Source of the DNA: Saprospiraceae bacterium
Lineage (GTDB): Bacteria > Bacteroidota > Bacteroidia > Chitinophagales > Saprospiraceae
DNA: 64,000 bases
Reading direction: 5' to 3'
Assembly (NCBI GenBank): GCA_020628855.1
Contig: JAHDEL010000006.1
Span: forward strand, 5,424-69,423
The position numbers and the translations under genes were made by a program. Below the pieces are notes generated by a model. It did no database searches, was not told the origin of the DNA, and saw only the letters and a list, made by a program, of their open reading frames with translations. Positions 39,948 to 49,294 of this stretch are shown here, piece by piece (the stretch's first letter is position 1; every line of letters begins with the position of its first letter).

Positions 39948-40081
39948 TTTAAGAGAAATTTAACATCAGCATAATAGATTAATTGACAGGATTGGCAGAT
40001 GTGTTAGTATTTGTCTTGTTCATTTCTCACCTGTGAACTACATCCAATGGAATACTGTACATAGTATTAAATTACATACTG

Positions 40082-40450
40082 ATGTTCTGGAAGAGAAAAC
40101 CAAAATTTCAAGCGCCGCAGATTACAGATCAAAACTTTAATGAACTAGTCGGTGGATCAAAACTGCCAGTTTTACTTGACTTCTATGCTGATTGGTGTGG
40201 ACCTTGTAAGATACTTGGGCCTATTATCGATGAACTTGCTGAAGAATATCAGGGTAGGGCGCTTATAGCTAAAATTAATACCGAGACCAACCCGAGACTC
40301 AGCCAACATTTTGCAATCCGATCTATTCCGACGATGTATATAATCCATAATGGAGAAGTTGTTGAGAGATATAATGGTTTGGTACCAAAACCCAATCTTG
40401 AAGAAATATTGAATGGATACATAACATCCGAGCAAGGAGAAGAGGAATAA
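40082..40450 (+). CDS. trxA: thioredoxin
   Basis: WCGPCK active site and thioredoxin-fold length. Confidence 0.85.
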   Translation: MFWKRKPKFQAPQITDQNFNELVGGSKLPVLLDFYADWCGPCKILGPIIDELAEEYQGRALIAKINTETNPRLSQHFAIRSIPTMYIIHNGEVVERYNGLVPKPNLEEILNGYITSEQGEEE

Positions 40451-40507
40451 AGAAATCTATTCGCTTTTATCCTGTGTAAAAGTCATAAGGTAAGCATGGC
40501 AAATATG

Positions 40508-40515
40508 TACATTTG
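40508..40515 (+). promoter_or_regulatory. Bacteroidota-type -7 box upstream of asnS
   Basis: TACATTTG, ending 26 nt upstream of ATG 40541. Confidence 0.35.
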
Positions 40516-40540
40516 TATCTTCTTTTAGAAAGATTAGCAA

Positions 40541-41974
40541 ATGAGAAGAACAGAGATTAAGCAAATTCTACATTCTGACAAGGCCGATTTTGAGGTAAAG
40601 GTGAATGGATGGGTGAGAACATTCAGAAATAACCAGTTCATAGCCTTGAACGATGGATCAACACTCAGCACTTTACAGGTAGTTGTTGATAGAGAACAAT
40701 TAGATGAGTCAACCCTCAAAAGAATTACAACGGGAGCATGTATTTCCGCGACAGGTAAAGTTGTAGAATCTCAAGGAAGAGGACAGAAGTATGAAGTTGT
40801 AGCAGATTCATTAGTTATACTTGGGGATAGTGATGCAGAATCCTACCCACTACAACCAAAGAAGCACAGCCTTGAATTTCTAAGAGAGATAGCGCATTTG
40901 CGTTTTAGGACAAACACATTTGGAGCTGTATTCAGAATAAGGCATCATGTAGCTTATGCGATTCATAAGTTTTTTAATGATCGTGGATTCTTCTACATGC
41001 ATAGCCCAATTATCACAGGATCTGATGCTGAAGGAGCAGGGGAGATGTTCAGAGTTACAGCACTGGATTTGAATGATTTGCCAAAGTCAGAAGATGGTGC
41101 AGTTGATTACTCCAAAGACTTCTTCAATAAAGAAACAAATTTGACTGTGTCAGGCCAACTAGAGGCTGAACTTGCTGCTTTGGCTTTGAGTAAAGTCTAT
41201 ACATTTGGTCCTACCTTCCGTGCAGAGAATAGTAATACATCTAGGCATCTTGCTGAGTTTTGGATGATTGAGCCAGAAGTCGCTTTCAATGACCTAGATG
41301 ACAATATGGATCTAGCAGAAGACATGCTCAAATATGTTATCAATTTCGTTTTAGAGCAGAGTGATGAAGACTTGACTTTTCTGGAGAATAGACTGCTAGA
41401 AGAAGAAAAGAACAAGCCTCAGAATCTACGTTCACCAATGGCTTTGAAGGAAAAGCTTCAATTTTGTGTGTCGAACGAATTCCAAAGACTAACATATACG
41501 GAAGCGATTAACATACTCCGTAATAGTAAGCCAAATAAGAAAGGAAAATTCCAATTTCCGATTGAAGGATATGGTGCTGATTTGCAATCTGAACATGAGC
41601 GATATCTTGTTGAGAAGCATTTCAAGAAACCTGTAATTCTAACAGACTATCCAAAGGAGATTAAAGCATTCTACATGCGTATGAATGAAGATGAGAAGAC
41701 GGTGAGAGCAATGGATATCCTCTTCCCTGGTATAGGTGAAATTGTGGGAGGTTCTCAAAGAGAAGAACGCCTTGATAAATTAACAAAGAGGATGGATGAA
41801 ATGGATATCCCTCAACATGAAATGGATTGGTTTCTGGATACAAGAAGATATGGTACATGTATCCATTCAGGTTTTGGATTAGGGTTTGAGCGTCTCGTCT
41901 TATTTGTGACTGGTATGACTAATATCAGAGATGTCATTCCATTCCCAAGATATCCTGGAAACGCTGAGTTCTGA
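40541..41974 (+). CDS. asnS: asparagine--tRNA ligase
   Basis: Class II motifs [28 protein letters not shown] and GFGLGFERL, plus an N-terminal OB fold. Confidence 0.96.
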   Translation: MRRTEIKQILHSDKADFEVKVNGWVRTFRNNQFIALNDGSTLSTLQVVVDREQLDESTLKRITTGACISATGKVVESQGRGQKYEVVADSLVILGDSDAESYPLQPKKHSLEFLREIAHLRFRTNTFGAVFRIRHHVAYAIHKFFNDRGFFYMHSPIITGSDAEGAGEMFRVTALDLNDLPKSEDGAVDYSKDFFNKETNLTVSGQLEAELAALALSKVYTFGPTFRAENSNTSRHLAEFWMIEPEVAFNDLDDNMDLAEDMLKYVINFVLEQSDEDLTFLENRLLEEEKNKPQNLRSPMALKEKLQFCVSNEFQRLTYTEAINILRNSKPNKKGKFQFPIEGYGADLQSEHERYLVEKHFKKPVILTDYPKEIKAFYMRMNEDEKTVRAMDILFPGIGEIVGGSQREERLDKLTKRMDEMDIPQHEMDWFLDTRRYGTCIHSGFGLGFERLVLFVTGMTNIRDVIPFPRYPGNAEF

Positions 41975-43765
41975 TTAAGTAAGAATCTGTATTTGGTCTT
42001 CAGTGATGTGGATAGTACGCATTGCATCTGTTCTTTGAGCAATGTCACCACTGCCATTTTCTAATCTCAGAACGCCTCTTGGGCATACCGCTGAACATAC
42101 ACCACAGCCTACACAAGAAGAACGGACAATGTCTTGGCCTTTTTGAGCGTAAGCTCTGACGTCAATACCCATTTCACAATATGTCGAACAATTACCACAG
42201 GAGATACATTGACCACCATTTGTGGTGATCCGGAATCTACTCTTAAAACGCTGGACCAAACCTAGATAGGCCGCTAGTGGACATCCAAACCTGCACCAGA
42301 CACGATTACCCATCAGCGGATAAAAGCCAGTACCTACTACACCTGAAAAGCCTGCGCCTATAAAAAATCCATACCAAGATTTGACACTCTCTACATTCAT
42401 CCCTAAGATATTACTGACTCCAGTAAAATAGTGTCCTAGGACAAAAGCAGTCATAATAATAGCGAATGCTAACACACCATGAATAATAAAGCGCTCATAC
42501 TTCCATGCTCTCATGCTTTTGTCGGATAACTGCCTCCATGGGTCTCCAAGAGTTTCAGCAAGTCCGCCACAACCACACACCCAGCTACAATACCAACGTT
42601 TACCAAGGAAGTATGTCATTAGAGGAATGCCAATAATTATCGCAAGAATTCCCCAGATTAACATGGCTAGACCTAAGGAACCACTACTCGTTAGCTGATC
42701 GATGTTATACTTATAAAAGAAATCATAATCTAGCGGCCAAAAGTTCTTGAAGTCAAACCAAGGTCGATTGAGCCTGACAAGCATTTCTGGAATCAGAAAG
42801 GCAAAAGCAGTTTGGAAAAACATAACAGACGCAGTCCTGATTTTTTGATAGGTATTATGTTGATATTTAGTCAACATACGTACACCCATCACTATCACGA
42901 TGCATGTATACATCAACCCATACAAAAACCATTGACTTGCAGGATTGCCACTCAGCATCTCACTGATCGGATTGACCATGGTTATCCAATTCTGAATGTA
43001 GGATGGAGCCCAATAAAGTAACACATAGAAGATGAGCATATATGTTCCTGCAATAACTCCAAGCCATCCAATTCTATTTGGGGAAACAGATCGTTGTGGA
43101 TGATTCGATTTTGAATCTTGTCTGAAAAAGACAAAGTAAGAAATCAGCAGAGCCAAGCATATAGTCACAAGAGGCCAGAAGTAATCTTGTAGTTTGAAAA
43201 AACCATAAATGAGAATTCCCATTATGGTGATGAGAAGTAATGCATTTCTGAAGTTACTTGTAATGCCTCTAGTTAGACTATCATGGTATATCCCATCATG
43301 CTTAATCCCTTTTGGCTCATTGAATTTTGGGATAATGTACAAGAGACCTCCTATGATGGCTAATCCAAAGGTGAGAAAGCAGAATAAAAGAGGATTACGA
43401 TTAACAGGACCGTCTGCACCAGTTTTCACAGTAGCTGAAATGTAGTTCTTTGCTCTCCAATCAGCAATAGCATAATCCCAAGGTTGTACTCCTTCTGGAA
43501 GTTTGGTCTCTATTTCTGATTCCAATTGTTTGGAAGCTTGAGCAATAACATTGCTATAGGCTGTTATAAATTTTATGTTAGATACAGGAGTATTGTAGAT
43601 GCCTTCTGCTTTCGCTGCTGCCAGGATAGCGTTTTTATGGTATTCAGCATCAACTTGCAGGCTTTCTTCATTGAGAGTAATGCTTCCTAGGCCAAGCATT
43701 CCTGTAAAGATGAGCAAAGCCAGACAAAATAGAATTAACCCTAGAATCTGAATATATTTTGACAT
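41975..43765 (-). CDS. integral membrane polyferredoxin (CX3CP-type, 2x[4Fe-4S])
   Basis: Many TM helices; CSWVCGCG and CRFGCP motifs; C-terminal CISCGNCSTYC and CVGCGVCSAVCP ferredoxin motifs. Confidence 0.75.
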   Translation of the reverse strand: MSKYIQILGLILFCLALLIFTGMLGLGSITLNEESLQVDAEYHKNAILAAAKAEGIYNTPVSNIKFITAYSNVIAQASKQLESEIETKLPEGVQPWDYAIADWRAKNYISATVKTGADGPVNRNPLLFCFLTFGLAIIGGLLYIIPKFNEPKGIKHDGIYHDSLTRGITSNFRNALLLITIMGILIYGFFKLQDYFWPLVTICLALLISYFVFFRQDSKSNHPQRSVSPNRIGWLGVIAGTYMLIFYVLLYWAPSYIQNWITMVNPISEMLSGNPASQWFLYGLMYTCIVIVMGVRMLTKYQHNTYQKIRTASVMFFQTAFAFLIPEMLVRLNRPWFDFKNFWPLDYDFFYKYNIDQLTSSGSLGLAMLIWGILAIIIGIPLMTYFLGKRWYCSWVCGCGGLAETLGDPWRQLSDKSMRAWKYERFIIHGVLAFAIIMTAFVLGHYFTGVSNILGMNVESVKSWYGFFIGAGFSGVVGTGFYPLMGNRVWCRFGCPLAAYLGLVQRFKSRFRITTNGGQCISCGNCSTYCEMGIDVRAYAQKGQDIVRSSCVGCGVCSAVCPRGVLRLENGSGDIAQRTDAMRTIHITEDQIQILT

Positions 43766-43770
43766 AATTG

Positions 43771-45114
43771 TTACGCGTTTGTAAGAAATTGCAGGACTTT
43801 AGATAGACCTCGTTTTGTTTTTAGTTTCAGGGCATTACCTGTTTTAGCATTGTAAAGTCGGATGAGTTCTTCTTCATGTTCTTTGTAGAATTCAGGGTCA
43901 AAATTTGCCATACCTAAATGCTGGAGAACATCTTCTATAGATGCATGAGTTGCTAACCATTTTTCGCAAACCTCATGTCTATATCTCACTCCAATAAGAT
44001 TGAATCCAACCACTGCATGAGTTGTTTTATCATAGTGTATTCTTATGAGTTTGTCCATGTCTTTGGATTGCCAAACAATAGCATCATGTTCTTCAGGAAG
44101 GCTACTCCGAATATCTCCATAAACTTGATATTCTAGATGAATAAATTTGGCCGAATTAAACCAAATGCCTGGGTTATATTCTACCTGCTTATCGCAAATA
44201 TTATAGGCACAAGTTTCACCCATCATTCTTCCTGTATACCAGATTGCTTCAATTGGTCTGCGACCTTGTTGTGGTTCTTGAATTTCTGCGCAGTCCCCAA
44301 TCGCATACACATTCTTTTGAGAGGTTCTTAGATAGCGATCCACAAGAATTCCTCTATTTGTTTGAAGATCCGTTCCTTTCAACCAACCAATATTTGGACT
44401 TACACCTGCTGTCAACCCAACATAGCCGCAAGAGATTGTCTCGCCAGTCTCCTTAATTATTACAGCGTTTGCACTTCCTGACTTACCGCTTGTGATTTCA
44501 CCCAAATTTACTCCCAGCCTTAAGTCAATCCCACTATCAATGATATGCTGAGTAACCATTGCTGATTCTTCAGGAGGTAATACATTATTCCAATAAGATG
44601 ATTCTCGGACAAGCATCGTAACAGGTATATGTCTGGAGTGGAACATCTCGGCCATCTCAATACCGATGAGTCCACCTCCAACAATAACAGCCCTTTCAAG
44701 ACCATCGGAATACTGTTCCATCTGTTCTAAGTCTTGGAGATGGTATAACCCACCAACCCCAGGCAGATCCTGACCTGGCCAACCAAACTTGTTTGATTTT
44801 GACCCGAGTGCTAAAACGAGTTTGTCATACTTGACAGTCGTGTTATTATTCAGTTGAAGGGATTGATTGTCGAAGTCAATTGCATCAACATGACCTTGGA
44901 TAAGCTGAATATTATTCTTATCCCAAAACCAATCTTCATATGGTTTGGTGTCCTCAAAACGCATATGACCCATATAGATATACATGAGTGCAGTTCTTGA
45001 ATAGAAATGTTTTGATTCAGAGGATATGATGGTAATCTGATCATCCGAAAGTTTCCTAACCCATCTGGCGCAGGTAGTCCCGCTAATACCATTCCCAATA
45101 ATGACAATATGCAT
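43771..45114 (-). CDS. NAD(P)/FAD-dependent oxidoreductase (pyridine nucleotide-disulfide oxidoreductase fold)
   Basis: IVIIGNGISG and VGGGLIGIEMA dinucleotide folds, plus AIGDCA. It ends 5 nt upstream of the polyferredoxin start. Confidence 0.8.
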   Translation of the reverse strand: MHIVIIGNGISGTTCARWVRKLSDDQITIISSESKHFYSRTALMYIYMGHMRFEDTKPYEDWFWDKNNIQLIQGHVDAIDFDNQSLQLNNNTTVKYDKLVLALGSKSNKFGWPGQDLPGVGGLYHLQDLEQMEQYSDGLERAVIVGGGLIGIEMAEMFHSRHIPVTMLVRESSYWNNVLPPEESAMVTQHIIDSGIDLRLGVNLGEITSGKSGSANAVIIKETGETISCGYVGLTAGVSPNIGWLKGTDLQTNRGILVDRYLRTSQKNVYAIGDCAEIQEPQQGRRPIEAIWYTGRMMGETCAYNICDKQVEYNPGIWFNSAKFIHLEYQVYGDIRSSLPEEHDAIVWQSKDMDKLIRIHYDKTTHAVVGFNLIGVRYRHEVCEKWLATHASIEDVLQHLGMANFDPEFYKEHEEELIRLYNAKTGNALKLKTKRGLSKVLQFLTNA

Positions 45115-45257
45115 ATTGATTTCTTATTATACGTTAAAATTAGTGAAATCATTGACTATGAATTTGTCGTTTCTATGACTTGTGATTAAAGTGATCCACA
45201 CTTCTGTTTTAATATTACCTATATTCACACCTCAGTTAAAAAACACAATAAGTTCTT

Positions 45258-47174
45258 ATGAAAAGATTTTTACAAATTGCATTTATGCTAAGTCTTGCAT
45301 TCACAATGCAAGCACAGGTTTTTAGCGAAGATTTCGAAGGTGGAGAACCTTCAGGATGGTTCGCCGAAAGTGGATGGCAATTCGGTACTGCTGCAAGTTT
45401 GAGTAGTCAGTATTATACTATTCCGACCACTGGAAATGTTTATGCCGCTAATGATGACGCTCTTGGTGGTGCTGGTAGTGCTACAGGAAGATTAGTAACT
45501 TCTAAAATTGATCTTAGTGGAGTTGATCCTGAAACATCACTTATTTTATCTTTTGATGGTTTCTTCGTTAATGGTGACTGGGAAGCTGCTGATGAGACTG
45601 CAGGAGTTGTTGCAAGCTCTGATGGTATTGTCTTTAATACTATTGGAGAGATTGTAGATGGAGCAGCTCAAACTAATGAGTTCGAAGCAATGACAAGATA
45701 CCAGTTCACTCTTGAAGGGTATGCTGGTGGAGACTTGTACGTTGGTTTTGACTATAGTGATGGTGGCGGATGGAACTATGGCTTCGCTATTGATAATGTT
45801 CAGATTCTTGAATTGACAACTGCAAGAGACATTGCTGTTAACCAAGTATTTGGTAATAGATATGTAGATGCAGGTGCAAGTCCGGCTGTTGTTGCTGCTA
45901 TTGAAAATAAAGGTTATGAGACTGTTGAGTCTATGATGGTCAGAGTTACAGATCCTGCAGGGTCAAGCTCAGATGTTGAGGTGACTGGTCTCAATATTCC
46001 TTTCGGAGCTGAGGAGAATGTTGATCTTCAACTTGGCGGTGATATTAGTACTCCACAGACTTATGCTTACAGCTTTGAAGTAATAAGTGTAAATGGAGAA
46101 GAAGATGAAAACCCAATGGATAATGCTGGTGCAGCAGAGTTTGTGAGTGTTGCAGATGTGCCTTCGAAGAAGTTAATAGCTGAAGAAGGAACAGGAACAT
46201 GGTGTGGATGGTGTCCAAGAGGAACAGTATTTATGGAGCAAATGGAAGCTGATTTCCCAGATGAGTTTATAGGAATAGCTGTACACAACAATGATGTAAT
46301 GGCTAATACAGATTATGATGCAGGTGTAGGTGCTTTCCCTGGTTTCACTGGATATCCTGGTGTTATTGCAGACAGATTTTTAGTTATCGATCCTTCTCAA
46401 TTGCCAGATTATTATAATCTAATTAATAGAATTTCTCCTTTTTCACTTACAATGGATCAGTCATATGACCCTAGTACAAGAGAGATGGCAATTAGTGTAA
46501 ACACTAGAGCACATTCTACTTTCGATGGTAATTTCAGAATGGCAATGGTTATAACAGAAGATAATGTAACTGGTACTTCTTCAGAATATGCTCAAACTAA
46601 TTATTATGCTGGTGGAGCAAATGGACAAATGGGAGGATACGAAAACCTTCCTGACCCAGTTCCTGCTGCAGATATGGTATATAACCATGTTGCAAGAGAA
46701 ATCATTGGTGGATGGAATGGAGTAGGAGGTAGTGTTCCGACATCTGTAACAAATGCAGAGTCATATTCTTATGATTTTAACTACACGCTTCCTGAAGCTT
46801 ATGATCATTTTAATACTAATGTGATTATCCTTTTATTAGATAATGACTCAGGAGAGGTTGTATATGGTACTAAAGAACACCTAAACGTTGTCTCTTCAAC
46901 AGATAATACACCAAGTGAAATAGATAATGTTTCTGTTTACCCTAATCCATCAAGTGATGTTATCTACCTAGATGTTAATCTGAATGAGACTGCAGATGTT
47001 ACTTTGGCAGTGTCAAACACTTTTGGACAGGTTGTATCTCAAAGGACTTATCAAAGTTTGAATGGAAACATGGTTCTTCCTGTAGAGAGAAATACATTAC
47101 CAGCTGGGCAGTATTTAGCTACTTTAAGTGTGAATGGTAAAGTGATTACAAAGAGAATTGCTTTCGTTGACTAA
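45258..47174 (+). CDS. T9SS-secreted multidomain protein: choice-of-anchor-J-like N domain + Omp28-related thioredoxin-like domain (CxxC)
   Basis: Signal peptide; FSEDFEGGEPSGWFAESGWQFG; GTGTWCGWCPRG; C-terminal VYPNPSSDVIYLDV...ITKRIAFVD sorting domain. Confidence 0.7.
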   Translation: MKRFLQIAFMLSLAFTMQAQVFSEDFEGGEPSGWFAESGWQFGTAASLSSQYYTIPTTGNVYAANDDALGGAGSATGRLVTSKIDLSGVDPETSLILSFDGFFVNGDWEAADETAGVVASSDGIVFNTIGEIVDGAAQTNEFEAMTRYQFTLEGYAGGDLYVGFDYSDGGGWNYGFAIDNVQILELTTARDIAVNQVFGNRYVDAGASPAVVAAIENKGYETVESMMVRVTDPAGSSSDVEVTGLNIPFGAEENVDLQLGGDISTPQTYAYSFEVISVNGEEDENPMDNAGAAEFVSVADVPSKKLIAEEGTGTWCGWCPRGTVFMEQMEADFPDEFIGIAVHNNDVMANTDYDAGVGAFPGFTGYPGVIADRFLVIDPSQLPDYYNLINRISPFSLTMDQSYDPSTREMAISVNTRAHSTFDGNFRMAMVITEDNVTGTSSEYAQTNYYAGGANGQMGGYENLPDPVPAADMVYNHVAREIIGGWNGVGGSVPTSVTNAESYSYDFNYTLPEAYDHFNTNVIILLLDNDSGEVVYGTKEHLNVVSSTDNTPSEIDNVSVYPNPSSDVIYLDVNLNETADVTLAVSNTFGQVVSQRTYQSLNGNMVLPVERNTLPAGQYLATLSVNGKVITKRIAFVD

Positions 47175-47201
47175 TTAAAGTACTTCGATTAAGAAATAGA
47201 G

Positions 47202-47238
47202 AATGGCTTGCATCCTAGATGTGAGCCATTTTTTTTTG
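47202..47238 (+). terminator. intrinsic terminator after the Omp28-related T9SS gene
   Basis: AATGGCT / AGCCATT stem followed by T9-10. Confidence 0.65.
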
Positions 47239-47290
47239 CCTTAGTAGAGAAATGCAGCGGAGAATGGTTAATTTTAAAAGAAAAAGTCAA

Positions 47291-48010
47291 ATGCGTATTC
47301 TTACCACTTTAGTACTATGTATTGGGTTGTTTACCTCAACTTCAGTTTTAGGCCAACTTGTATTGACTCAAGGTCAAATCTTAGAAGGATTTGGTTACTC
47401 TAATGATACAGGTATAGATATAGAGCCAAGAGTCAAGTTGGAAGAAGCAGTGGCCAATGGTTGGTATTGGGAGATTATCAAGCCTGAATCAATGCCAGAA
47501 GAATGGAAGTTTGTTATTTGTGATATGGTATCTTGCTGGACAGAAGTAACAGTAACTTCTCCAGAGAATGCTGTTAACAATATGGATGTTGGGTCTACAT
47601 TTACGTATTCTGTCAAGCTTAAACCATATGGAGTGGCAGGTCAAGATACTTTGAAATTCAGATTTTATGAAGTTGGCACTCCAGAGATTACTATGCTTGA
47701 ATTAGACCTTTATTTCGAAGTAGCATTAGCTTCAAATACTGAAGAAATGGCTGATGAGCAAAGTTTTTATGTTTTTCCAAATCCTTCGCACTCAGATGTG
47801 TCAATATATCTGACATCAGATCAGTATCTAAAAGCTGATTTCATCCTGACTGACCATCTTGGAAGAGTAATGAAGCAGTTCAATGCGTCTGATATCAATG
47901 CAAATAATCAGTTAATTATAGCAAGAGATGGCCTGTTGTCCGGTACTTATTTTTTGATTTCGGATTTAGATGGAATTCAAAGGGTACAGAAAATAGTGTT
48001 GGCAAATTGA
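47291..48010 (+). CDS. T9SS-secreted hypothetical protein (paralog 1)
   Basis: Signal peptide from ATG 47291 (the track ORF begins at 47252); WYWEI and CDMVSC motifs; FPNPSHSDVSIYL sorting domain. Confidence 0.6.
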   Translation: MRILTTLVLCIGLFTSTSVLGQLVLTQGQILEGFGYSNDTGIDIEPRVKLEEAVANGWYWEIIKPESMPEEWKFVICDMVSCWTEVTVTSPENAVNNMDVGSTFTYSVKLKPYGVAGQDTLKFRFYEVGTPEITMLELDLYFEVALASNTEEMADEQSFYVFPNPSHSDVSIYLTSDQYLKADFILTDHLGRVMKQFNASDINANNQLIIARDGLLSGTYFLISDLDGIQRVQKIVLAN

Positions 48011-48084
48011 CAATTCAATAGTTGAATAGGTATTTCGGCGTGTTTTATTAACAAAACTTTATAAATTTTTGTACTATATTTTCC

Positions 48085-48092
48085 TATCTTTG
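48085..48092 (+). promoter_or_regulatory. Bacteroidota-type -7 box upstream of T9SS paralog 2
   Basis: TATCTTTG, ending 18 nt upstream of ATG 48110. Confidence 0.35.
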
Positions 48093-48109
48093 GTACAAAG
48101 TATACCTCT

Positions 48110-48805
48110 ATGAAAAGAATTCTACACCTTATGGTTTTCTTCGTAGCTGCTTCGTTAGGTTTGAATGCGCAATTATCTCTTGTCGCAGGACAATCTTTAG
48201 AAGGTTATGGAGACACTGACGATACCAGTATAAAGATTGATGTGCAAGTGTCAGCTGGTGATGATGCAGTTGGTGAATGGTACTGGGAAATCAATAGACC
48301 AGGTAGCATGCCTACTGATTGGATATTCAGTGTTTGTGATATCAACACGTGTTATGCACCAGGTGTCGAAACATGTCCTGAAACAAAGCCTAATTTGTTG
48401 AATCCAGGAGAATCTTTAACTTTCAATATATACCTTAATCCAAAAGAGGTAGAAGGAATGGATGATCTTGAGTTGAGATTATTCAATGTTAATAACTCAG
48501 AGGATACTTACCTAACTGCGAGTCTATACTATGAAGTTGCAGTTGTGTCTAATGTATTAGACCAGGATGTACAAGCGGAATTCAAATTATTCCCGAATCC
48601 TACCTCGGATTATTTTCAAATAGAAAATGATGATAACATCCATATGGTAAGTCTGCATTCTGTTGTTGGGAAAGAAATAGCGCAATACAAGCATGAGATC
48701 GGCCAAGCTTATTCTGTTTCAGATTTAAGTAGTGGATTTTACATGGCAAGACTCATTGATGAATCGGGTAGAACTCTAAAAATCATTCGATTTAACAAGA
48801 AATAA
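48110..48805 (+). CDS. T9SS-secreted hypothetical protein (paralog 2)
   Basis: Collinear similarity to the preceding ORF (QL.L..GQ.LEG.G, WYWEI, SMP..W.F..CD...C, LY.EVA); FPNPTSDYFQIEN sorting domain. Confidence 0.65.
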   Translation: MKRILHLMVFFVAASLGLNAQLSLVAGQSLEGYGDTDDTSIKIDVQVSAGDDAVGEWYWEINRPGSMPTDWIFSVCDINTCYAPGVETCPETKPNLLNPGESLTFNIYLNPKEVEGMDDLELRLFNVNNSEDTYLTASLYYEVAVVSNVLDQDVQAEFKLFPNPTSDYFQIENDDNIHMVSLHSVVGKEIAQYKHEIGQAYSVSDLSSGFYMARLIDESGRTLKIIRFNKK

Positions 48806-48830
48806 AATATAGAAGAAATACTTTTTTAAA

Positions 48831-48859
48831 GCCCGTTCATCTAAGAACGGGCTTTTTTT
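48831..48859 (+). terminator. intrinsic terminator after T9SS paralog 2
   Basis: GCCCGTTC atctaa GAACGGGC followed by T7. Confidence 0.85.
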
Positions 48860-48884
48860 ATGCCTAAAACATTGAGCTTTATAG

Positions 48885-48921
48885 AAAACCTAGTACTATG
48901 TATTGCACAGTACTAGGTTTT
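48885..48921 (+). promoter_or_regulatory. perfect 13-bp inverted repeat upstream of padR (candidate PadR operator)
   Basis: AAAACCTAGTACT (48885-48897), an 11-nt spacer, then AGTACTAGGTTTT (48909-48921). It ends 17 nt before the padR ATG. Confidence 0.5.
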
Positions 48922-48937
48922 GTAATATATTTGAAGT

Positions 48938-49279
48938 ATGAAAGTTGAAAATACAGAAGCTCAAATGAGAAAAGGCATATTAGAATTATGTGTTCTGAGT
49001 ATCACATCAAAGGAGGCTGTATATCCTTCTGACATTTTAAGTCAGTTAAAAGCAGCAAAACTCATTGTAGTAGAAGGTACCATCTATCCTTTATTGAATA
49101 GATTAAAGAAATCTAACCTTTTGGAATATGAATGGAAAGAATCTGCTTCAGGGCCTCCAAGAAAATATTACAAAACAACAAATGAAGGGAATCAGATTTT
49201 GACATTGCTCCATGAGCACTGGAAGAGTTTACAAGACTCTGTGCAGCAAATTATTGAACAAACCGTAGAAAAGCACTAA
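48938..49279 (+). CDS. PadR family transcriptional regulator
   Basis: QMRKGILELCVL and GTIYPLLNRLKK motifs. Confidence 0.88.
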   Translation: MKVENTEAQMRKGILELCVLSITSKEAVYPSDILSQLKAAKLIVVEGTIYPLLNRLKKSNLLEYEWKESASGPPRKYYKTTNEGNQILTLLHEHWKSLQDSVQQIIEQTVEKH

Positions 49280-49294
49280 AAACTTATTTGAAAC

